From a virus: DNA of 64,000 bases. Below are positions 8,631 to 15,970 of this stretch, piece after piece (within the stretch, counting starts at the first letter, position 1; every line of letters begins with the position of its first letter). The translations under genes were made by a program, and so were the position numbers. The stretch lies in IMG/VR virus record IMGVR_UViG_3300046463_000164. One strand, written 5' to 3'. The notes under the pieces were generated by a model. That model was not told where the DNA came from. It made no database searches and saw nothing but the letters and a program-made list of their open reading frames with translations.

Positions 8631-9748
8631 CGGATATAAGAATTAAGGACACTCCCAGCAATATTGCTGATATATTGATGGGACGTGATCCCGTTGAACC
8701 CGATGCAAAACTAATCCAAGAAAATATCAAAGACAAAGCAGTGTTGGTGACTGGCGCAGGTGGTTCCATCGGGTCAGAGATTTGTCGTCAAGTCGCCAAC
8801 CAAGGTCCGAGTGTATTGGTATTGTATGAGTTGAACGAGTTTGCTCTCTATACAATCCACGTCGAGCTAATGCGAACTCACCCGCACGTTAAGGTCATCC
8901 CCGCTTTGGGCTCGATCTTGAATTGTTCGCGGGTGTCGTATTTCCTCAGCAAGTTTAACATCAATACCATTTATCATGCGGCGGCGTATAAGCATGTTCC
9001 AATGGTAGAGTATAATATCACTGAGGGCGTATATAACAACTTTATTGGAACTGCTGCCTTGGTTACAACAGCAGACGGCAATGTAGATACTTTTGTGCTT
9101 GTGTCTACTGATAAGGCGGTTAGACCGACTAATGTGATGGGGGCAACTAAGCGTTTGTCTGAGATGTATGTTCAGGCCGTGCAGGAACGTCGTCATCGGA
9201 CTAAGACAACGTTCTCAATGGTTAGGTTCGGGAATGTTCTTGGGTCCTCAGGATCAGTGATTCCGTTGTTTCTAGAGCAGATTGCAAGGGGAGAACCTTT
9301 GACGGTCACCCATCCTGATATCACACGCTACTTCATGTCGATTCCTGAGGCTGCTCAGTTGGTTATTCAGGCAGGAGCAATGGCAACTGGCGGTGAAGTA
9401 TTCGTCCTGGATATGGGTGAGTCTGTGAAGATTGTAGATATGGCCAAGCGTTTGCTTCAACACTACAATCTACCTGAAAATCATTATGAGATCACTGGGT
9501 TGCGTCCCGGCGAGAAGCTGTATGAAGAGTTGTTGATTGGTGATTCGGTCGGAAACACATACCATCCTAGGATTATGAAAGCGAATGAATTTCATCCTTC
9601 ATATTCCCGTATGCTCGACATTTACGATATAATAGAAGAATGCTACCATAGTATGGATTTCAAGAGACTGTTTAACGTGCTAGAGCACAATGTTTCTGGA
9701 TTCAATCATTCCGGCGAGATAAAGGATCATTTGTATGAGCATAATTAA
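8627..9748 (+). CDS. UDP-GlcNAc 4,6-dehydratase (PglF/CapD family), soluble catalytic domain only
   Basis: TGAGGSIGSE, HAAAYKHVP, STDKAVRPTNVMGATKR, RFGNVLGSSGSV, GLRPGEKLYEEL; no N-terminal transmembrane region. Confidence 0.93.
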   Translation: MTDIRIKDTPSNIADILMGRDPVEPDAKLIQENIKDKAVLVTGAGGSIGSEICRQVANQGPSVLVLYELNEFALYTIHVELMRTHPHVKVIPALGSILNCSRVSYFLSKFNINTIYHAAAYKHVPMVEYNITEGVYNNFIGTAALVTTADGNVDTFVLVSTDKAVRPTNVMGATKRLSEMYVQAVQERRHRTKTTFSMVRFGNVLGSSGSVIPLFLEQIARGEPLTVTHPDITRYFMSIPEAAQLVIQAGAMATGGEVFVLDMGESVKIVDMAKRLLQHYNLPENHYEITGLRPGEKLYEELLIGDSVGNTYHPRIMKANEFHPSYSRMLDIYDIIEECYHSMDFKRLFNVLEHNVSGFNHSGEIKDHLYEHN

Positions 9749-10199
9749 GGCGGTAGACCGCGCCTACAAAACGATGAAAGAGCGTAATTGGAACACCATC
9801 TATTGGGCGGTGGACCTACACGGCGTGTGTCTGAAGTCGAATTATCAGCAAGGTGGATACAGTTGGATCAATATCCACGCGCGTCGAGTATTGAAGCTCA
9901 TCAGCCGACTTCCTGAAACTAAGATCATCTTGTGGTCGTCGGTGTATGATTTGGAGAAGGGAGATATCATCGACTTCTTTGAAGAACATGGTATTCATGT
10001 TTCAGACTTCAACAGCAATCTGAGCGAGGGCAATACTCACGTTTCTGATTTCTCGCAGAAGTTTTATTTCAGCGTCCTGTTGGACGACAAAGCGGGTTTC
10101 GATCCTGAAACCGATTGGTTGGCAATTGAAAACTATCTTTATGATAAAGGAATATTAAATGCAAACGAAGGAAAAGCCGGTAGTACATTACATTGGTGA
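9735..10199 (+). CDS. HAD-superfamily-like protein
   Basis: IYWAVDLHGV, ILWSS, K.YFSVLLDDKAG. Confidence 0.6.
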   Translation: MSIIKAVDRAYKTMKERNWNTIYWAVDLHGVCLKSNYQQGGYSWINIHARRVLKLISRLPETKIILWSSVYDLEKGDIIDFFEEHGIHVSDFNSNLSEGNTHVSDFSQKFYFSVLLDDKAGFDPETDWLAIENYLYDKGILNANEGKAGSTLHW

Positions 10200-10374
10200 A
10201 CTCTATAATATCAATCTAGGTCAGCGTTGCTGGCTTGATGAAGTTGTGGATCACCCGCATCTGGGCCGCTGTAAAGATGTGTCCACCAGCGGCGTTATTC
10301 GTATTGAGCCCAATACCGGAGTGTTTGAAACCTACAACACTATCTACAAACCCCTGATTCAATTGAACGGTTAA
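10159..10374 (+). CDS. Hypothetical protein
   Basis: ORF with AAGGA RBS; FETYNTIY motif seen in small phage proteins. Confidence 0.55.
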   Translation: MQTKEKPVVHYIGELYNINLGQRCWLDEVVDHPHLGRCKDVSTSGVIRIEPNTGVFETYNTIYKPLIQLNG

Positions 10375-10375
10375 T

Positions 10376-10621
10376 ATGGAACTGAAAGAACAAATTCGAG
10401 CATTGGGAATTCGCCGGGCGGCGCTTTCAGCCGAGGTTGAGGCGGTGGAAGAAAAGCTCAGCGTCATTGCAGCTGAAGCCAAAGCTATCAGCAAGGAAGC
10501 GCAACAGAAGCGCGAGAAACTCAATCATCTAGACTTCGCAATCAATAACTTGCGTACTGTGATTGAGTTGGAAGAACCCATCGCTGAAATTGTTGTGGTC
10601 GATCCTTGGGGTGAATCTTAA
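10376..10621 (+). CDS. Coiled-coil hypothetical protein
   Basis: Heptad-rich ORF in operon context. Confidence 0.55.
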   Translation: MELKEQIRALGIRRAALSAEVEAVEEKLSVIAAEAKAISKEAQQKREKLNHLDFAINNLRTVIELEEPIAEIVVVDPWGES

Positions 10622-10988
10622 TCTCCTGAGGTTCCACCGAAAAGCTAAAGTAATATATGACCGCGAGAATCTTAAAGACAATAGGCAGAGTGTGGTGGCC
10701 TTTGTTTTGGATTCTCGCGGTCGCATTCTTACTGAAGGTTGGAACTCGTACACCAAAACCCATCCCATACAGAAAAAGGCTGCCGACGAAGCTCAAGACC
10801 CGCATAAGTGTTTCTTGCATGCCGAAATCCACGCCCTTTCTCGTCTCAGCTATAAACAGCTATCAAAACAAGACACCATTGTCGTTCTGAGATTGGACGG
10901 TAAATATCGTCTCATGCCTAGCAAGCCTTGTCCTATCTGTCAAGACGTGATATGCCAGTACGGAATCAAGAATATTATCCACAGTTAG
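10611..10988 (+). CDS. Zn-dependent cytidine/dCMP deaminase-like protein
   Basis: HAE and PCPIC motifs; GTG at 10611 overlapping the previous gene (ORF open from 10563). Confidence 0.8.
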   Translation: MNLNLLRFHRKAKVIYDRENLKDNRQSVVAFVLDSRGRILTEGWNSYTKTHPIQKKAADEAQDPHKCFLHAEIHALSRLSYKQLSKQDTIVVLRLDGKYRLMPSKPCPICQDVICQYGIKNIIHS

Positions 10989-10995
10989 CTAAATA
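10989..10995 (+). promoter_or_regulatory. Late promoter CTAAATA
   Basis: Motif directly upstream of the 11005/11017 ORF. Confidence 0.5.
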
Positions 10996-11004
10996 AGGGT
11001 ATTA

Positions 11005-11268
11005 TTGGAGAATCCCATGAATCTTATTCAAGAGTATATTGACTATCTCACTGAGGTCAACCGTATTGTACAAGGACTATCGAAGCGCAGCGGAAAGCCC
11101 GCAGACCACGTCAATAGTATTTGGAGAGAAACGGACAAGGAAGTTGTTGGTAAGCACAAGTATGGAGTTACCGATAAACAAAAAGCTATTGCTAGGATTG
11201 TAAGTGCAAAGCTTGGAGTTAAGCCTGAACCCGACGAGGATGACGGCAAGGACGAACCACAAGAATAA
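11005..11268 (+). CDS. Hypothetical (late) protein
   Basis: ORF between late motif and terminator; likely ATG at 11017. Confidence 0.6.
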   Translation: MENPMNLIQEYIDYLTEVNRIVQGLSKRSGKPADHVNSIWRETDKEVVGKHKYGVTDKQKAIARIVSAKLGVKPEPDEDDGKDEPQE

Positions 11269-11269
11269 C

Positions 11270-11301
11270 AAAAAGCCTCTGGAGAAATCCAGAGGCTTTT
11301 T
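11270..11301 (+). terminator. Rho-independent terminator
   Basis: AAAAGCCTCTGGA-GAAA-TCCAGAGGCTTTTT. Confidence 0.85.
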
Positions 11302-11313
11302 CATATTATACGG

Positions 11314-11342
11314 TTTACTTTTCGTCTTACATCGTATATAAT
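11314..11342 (+). promoter_or_regulatory. Early promoter of the rII operon
   Basis: TTTACT-N17-TATAAT. Confidence 0.8.
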
Positions 11343-11392
11343 TCTTCTAACGGTTAACGAACCGTATGTAAACCTTAACACGGAGCTATATC

Positions 11393-11629
11393 ATGAAAAG
11401 TCTTCTGAGCGCAATCGCTACTGTCGTCACCGCGTATCTTCCCAGCAAACAAATTGACATGGGATGCATTGGTGGCGGGGATTTCAAACAAGAACATCCC
11501 AGCGTCGTTAAGGCGCGCGCCGAGGCAAAAGAGAAGATGAAGCAATGGGGTCGCAAGACGGTTCTTGAAGGCGGTGCATTCTCCCGCAACCACACCGTCT
11601 TACGAGCGGAACGAAAAACAATGAACTAA
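11393..11629 (+). CDS. Hypothetical protein
   Basis: GGAG RBS, first gene behind promoter. Confidence 0.55.
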   Translation: MKSLLSAIATVVTAYLPSKQIDMGCIGGGDFKQEHPSVVKARAEAKEKMKQWGRKTVLEGGAFSRNHTVLRAERKTMN

Positions 11630-11638
11630 GGATCACGG

Positions 11639-14098
11639 TTGGCGATTACACAAAGTAGCGCACGCGATATTCAGCGTGGTGGGTTGATGGGTGAGAGACA
11701 GTTTGGTATCGCTCTCACCCCGAAGATGTACAGTATGATGAGTGACCGATTGTACACTGACCGTGTTGGGTCAGTTGTGCGTGAGGTTTGCTCTAATGCC
11801 TGGGACGCTATGAAGATGCGATCTATCGCATCTGGTCTCCCTCAGGAACCCTTCAAGGTCACTCTCCCAACCGATCTTGAACCTCACTTCATTGTTGAGG
11901 ATACGGGCCCAGGTATGCCTGACGATGTCGCTCAGGATCTATATTCCACACTTGGTCTTTCCACAAAGGAAGATACCAACGATCAAATCGGTGCATTTGG
12001 TCTTGGTTCTAAATCCCCATTCGCGGTTACTGATACCTTCACGGTAGAGAATACCTATGACGGGGTCACACATCACTATTTGTGCTTCAAATCAGAAAGC
12101 GGGTTGCCTAGTATATTGAAGACTGGCGAAACCGTTGATGGTCGTCCGAATGGCGTGAAGGTTATGATTCCGGCCGCAGGTAATAAGTACGCGGAATACA
12201 AGCGTGCTCTAACCCGCCAGTTGATCGTCATGGAACCGAAGCCGATCATCAACAATATTGAGGACTTTGAATTCGTCCAAGCACATAAGCTGGTTGAAAC
12301 TGAGTATGGGTTCATTCTTGCTAACGCTCAAGACTTTGGTCTGAATACCAAGTCTGTCTATGCTCGTATGGGTATGGTGTTGTATCCGTTGGATGTTAAT
12401 CAAGTTAACATCGCGTATAACAACCGTCTGTATGAACGACTGAATAGCCAGGCAACTTTGATTCTGGGATTCAATATTGGTGACCTGGAACCGCTGCCGT
12501 CGCGTGAAGGTTTGACGTATGATCAGAAAACCGCAGAGCTAAGTCTGGAGCGCTATAACTTGTTCTCATCTGAGTATCGCAAGATGCTTAAGAAGCAAGT
12601 TGAAGAAGCACCCACGCCTCTTGACGCGTGGCGTAAGATGCGAGAACTGAAGACCAGCACCAACGTTGATTTATCGACTGAGCCTGTATATAATCTTGGT
12701 TTCGTAATTAATGATCGGGTGATTGATAACGCTTTCCCGTTCTTCGATTATGATTACAAGAAGAAAGTTACGACCATTCCTCCAGTCAAGTATGATGAAG
12801 ATGGTTATATCATCAATCAAGAGAATACGGTTGAGGAAGTAGATGCGACGATGAAAGTCTCGCAATTCTATATGGAGGAATTCGATAAGTCTGATTTGCG
12901 TCTGAATATCAAACGTGATGCTAAACCGATGATGGTTAATTGGGACTTCATCGGCAGTATTGATAATGAAACATACCGATTCCTGCTGATTGACGAGCTT
13001 GATCCTAAGCATCGTATTGGTCGTATGAAAGCAGCGTTGAATTCGATGCCGAGAGGTTGGAGCAGTCGTACTTTCGTTGTTAGGGTTGACCCGCGCTTTC
13101 AGGGTAGCCATACGGACTTCAGCGAGTTCATTAAGTGCTTTGAGGCTCTGCATCCTGGAATCACAAAGAAGAACGGCAGCGTTACTTTGTTCAGCTCAAT
13201 TCCGCGTCCCGATATTGTCAAGCGAGCGCGTGAGGAAGATAAGCAACTGGAAGGCGTGACGTATGTGGGCGGACGAAAGAATTTGGAAGTTAAATTCCGT
13301 TGGTCCGAATTAGATGAAATGTATTCGCCTGATTGCGATCTTGAGGACGATGATTACGAGGAACAAGCCGAGAAGGCCAAGATTGAATTCTCCAACAAAA
13401 CCTTCTATGTGACGGCTTTGCGTGATGAGTTGACGGACTATCCTGATATCAAGATGGATGTTTTGAAGAATTTTGCTGAAGCGTTTGGTTATAAGATGTT
13501 CATTGTCCGTAAGTCGGGTATGGGTCATCTGAAAGCATTGAAGGAATACGGCATCCGGGAATTCAAGGAAGTTGTCGCTGAGTTTCTGGACGGGTATGAG
13601 CCTAGTGATGATTACAAGAAGTATAACTCAGCGAAGAAAGTAGAGGCGAGTAATCCGCTTTGGTTCCGTTATTCTTTCAAGTCTCATGCCGAATCGCTGA
13701 TGAAGGAGCTTGAGAAGAATCAAGAATATGTGCATCCCTTCTTGAAGGAGCGTCAACTTGTAGAAAGGTTGGCTAGTTTCGATAATCTACAGGCTAGTAG
13801 CACACCGCAAACTAGAATGATTGATCGGCTTCGTGCTGATGGGGTTATCAAGTATTTCGACGGTTATGAATGGTCGAAAGTTCTTGAGATTGACGTCTCA
13901 GAAGAATTCGAAAAGCTGGAAAATGATTTTGGAGCATACTATCCCGCTTTCGAATTGTTGGCGCGTCATACCGTATATACTGATGGAGTTGCTCCAAATT
14001 TGTATCAATATGTAGTAGACTATAACGCCCTGCGGGGTAACGATGTTAAACCTGAAGAGTTTGTTGAAGAAAAGGAAATTGAAGATGAAGTCGTATGA
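11639..14098 (+). CDS. rIIA: RIIA lysis-inhibition/anti-exclusion protein
   Basis: GHKL ATPase motifs REVCSNAWDA, DTGPGM, STK, IGAFGLGSKSPF; PSREGL; followed by rIIB. Confidence 0.9.
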   Translation: MAITQSSARDIQRGGLMGERQFGIALTPKMYSMMSDRLYTDRVGSVVREVCSNAWDAMKMRSIASGLPQEPFKVTLPTDLEPHFIVEDTGPGMPDDVAQDLYSTLGLSTKEDTNDQIGAFGLGSKSPFAVTDTFTVENTYDGVTHHYLCFKSESGLPSILKTGETVDGRPNGVKVMIPAAGNKYAEYKRALTRQLIVMEPKPIINNIEDFEFVQAHKLVETEYGFILANAQDFGLNTKSVYARMGMVLYPLDVNQVNIAYNNRLYERLNSQATLILGFNIGDLEPLPSREGLTYDQKTAELSLERYNLFSSEYRKMLKKQVEEAPTPLDAWRKMRELKTSTNVDLSTEPVYNLGFVINDRVIDNAFPFFDYDYKKKVTTIPPVKYDEDGYIINQENTVEEVDATMKVSQFYMEEFDKSDLRLNIKRDAKPMMVNWDFIGSIDNETYRFLLIDELDPKHRIGRMKAALNSMPRGWSSRTFVVRVDPRFQGSHTDFSEFIKCFEALHPGITKKNGSVTLFSSIPRPDIVKRAREEDKQLEGVTYVGGRKNLEVKFRWSELDEMYSPDCDLEDDDYEEQAEKAKIEFSNKTFYVTALRDELTDYPDIKMDVLKNFAEAFGYKMFIVRKSGMGHLKALKEYGIREFKEVVAEFLDGYEPSDDYKKYNSAKKVEASNPLWFRYSFKSHAESLMKELEKNQEYVHPFLKERQLVERLASFDNLQASSTPQTRMIDRLRADGVIKYFDGYEWSKVLEIDVSEEFEKLENDFGAYYPAFELLARHTVYTDGVAPNLYQYVVDYNALRGNDVKPEEFVEEKEIEDEVV

Positions 14099-15275
14099 AA
14101 TCGTAGCAGCAATCGTAGCTCGTAACGCACTAGGCCGTCAACTGTCTTGGGCCGAACTTGGTGTTGTGTTTGAATTAAGCAAGGATGCGGTTCGTAGTCG
14201 CGTGATTCGCTTCAAAGAAAAATACAATATTGTTGATGCCGATATTGTTCCTGGTTGGAACCGTACTTTCCTTGCTGCCCATACTCCGGAAAACGAAAAG
14301 GCTGGTCTTACCGGTTTGCGTTTGTATCCTGGTGATGTTACGGTAGATGAATCGGGTAATAAGGTTGTTTATTACAATCCGGATATGGAAGCAATTTGGC
14401 TTAATAGCGATGATAAGGTAGTGTTTGGGTTCACAGACTCGTATGATGAGTACACAGAGGAATCCATCAAGTTTGAGGTCGCTGAAGCAGTCCAAGCTGC
14501 CACTAAGCAGATCATCGAACCGCTACAATATCTGATCACACCGGCAGTCTTGGTTGTGGTTCGTGACGGTAAGCCTTTGACTATCGATAAGACTCACAAG
14601 AACTTTGAAAAGATTCAGGCTTCGCTAGAGGCGGGTAATTGGCAAGACGTACTTGACTTCATCGACATGAAGAATACGCTTTCGCGCTATTCTAACGGGC
14701 GGGTGACGGTCGAGAACGGAAAGGTGACGCTAGATGGCGAGCCGGTCGCAGGTAAGGTCGTTCAGCGTCTAGTTAGCTCTCTATTAGAGGAAAATCTAGA
14801 GGCTCTAGAGGCGCTTTCTAGCTTCCTGGATAAGTGTGACGAAAACCCTGACCATCGCGTCGTTTCGCGGATTTACGACTTCATTAGCCACAACGACTTG
14901 CGTTTGGATAAGGAAGGTTACGTGCTGGCCTATAAGGTAGTGCAACACAACTACCTGGATAAGTACACCAGCACCATGGACAATAGTCCGGGTCAACTGG
15001 TTAAGATGAAGCGTAACAAGGTGAACCCGCTTGATCACGAAACTTGTTCGTTTGGTCTACACGTAGCGGCTAAGGCGTATATTCCGCAATATGGCTCGCC
15101 CAGCTTGCGTACGGGTGGTGATCGGGTTGTTCTGTGTCGGGTTAATCCTAAAGACTTCGTGTCGATTCCGACCGATTACAATAGCATGAAGGCTCGCGTT
15201 TGTGAGTACGTGGTATTGAAGGACGTCACTGAGCTGTTCGTTAACAACGAGCTAGATGAAGGCATCGAAGCCTAA
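14085..15275 (+). CDS. rIIB: RIIB protein
   Basis: GYVLAYKVV, NSPG..VKMKR..V, TCSFGLHV, VNPKDFVSIPTDYNSMKARVCEY. Confidence 0.92.
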   Translation: MKSYEIVAAIVARNALGRQLSWAELGVVFELSKDAVRSRVIRFKEKYNIVDADIVPGWNRTFLAAHTPENEKAGLTGLRLYPGDVTVDESGNKVVYYNPDMEAIWLNSDDKVVFGFTDSYDEYTEESIKFEVAEAVQAATKQIIEPLQYLITPAVLVVVRDGKPLTIDKTHKNFEKIQASLEAGNWQDVLDFIDMKNTLSRYSNGRVTVENGKVTLDGEPVAGKVVQRLVSSLLEENLEALEALSSFLDKCDENPDHRVVSRIYDFISHNDLRLDKEGYVLAYKVVQHNYLDKYTSTMDNSPGQLVKMKRNKVNPLDHETCSFGLHVAAKAYIPQYGSPSLRTGGDRVVLCRVNPKDFVSIPTDYNSMKARVCEYVVLKDVTELFVNNELDEGIEA

Positions 15276-15292
15276 AATCCCAAATTATCGGT

Positions 15293-15327
15293 AAAAGCGA
15301 CGGCGTATTTATTACCGTCGCTTTTTT
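15293..15327 (+). terminator. Rho-independent terminator
   Basis: AAAAGCGACGG...CCGTCGCTTTTTT. Confidence 0.8.
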
Positions 15328-15521
15328 ACTACTCATATAAAAATTCCTCCTTTTTACTTCCCTTTTAGCGTACTGAGAGTATAATATTACTTATCGGTTA
15401 GGGAGTAATTCGGGGGAAACGAGCCAGACTCTAATCGATCCCTGGACCGGGAGTTTTGGTTGACGCCTGAGGTAATAATTACCTAGGTTTAATTAACGCC
15501 TTTATATAAGGTATCAAGAAC

Positions 15522-15899
15522 ATGATCGCCGTCGAAAGCAAACAAAATGAAGTTGTTTCGGACGTTCAACAAAAGCAGACCAAGCAAGTATTCTTTGCTC
15601 AGATGATGGGCGTGTCGTTTGACCCCGACAACACCATCGCAAAAAACGCAGAATTGATCAACATCATGAAGGCGGTGCCCGAAGGGGACATCGTTAAGGA
15701 GCAGAATCTTACAAGTTTCAGCATTCACCATGCTGAGATGGGCTACCTTCTCCACAAGATTTACTGTAATACCCCTGAGGGTATGAAGTTGAATGTGGAG
15801 TACGATGGCATCTGGCCGTTTGAGGCCAAGGATGAAGACGGCAGCACCCGCGTTTTCAATGCGCAATTGATCACGATCAGCGAGCAACCGGTTCAATAA
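15522..15899 (+). CDS. Hypothetical protein
   Basis: ORF after TATAAT (15380) and a structured leader; ends at terminator. Confidence 0.6.
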   Translation: MIAVESKQNEVVSDVQQKQTKQVFFAQMMGVSFDPDNTIAKNAELINIMKAVPEGDIVKEQNLTSFSIHHAEMGYLLHKIYCNTPEGMKLNVEYDGIWPFEAKDEDGSTRVFNAQLITISEQPVQ

Positions 15900-15923
15900 A
15901 AATCCCCGAAGTTCCAGACAAAG

Positions 15924-15956
15924 AAAAACCCTCCAAGCAATGCTTGGAGGGTTTTT
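15924..15956. terminator. Bidirectional terminator
   Basis: AAAAACCCTCCAAGCA-A-TGCTTGGAGGGTTTTT. Confidence 0.85.
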
Positions 15957-15970
15957 GTCGTTTTAACTGC

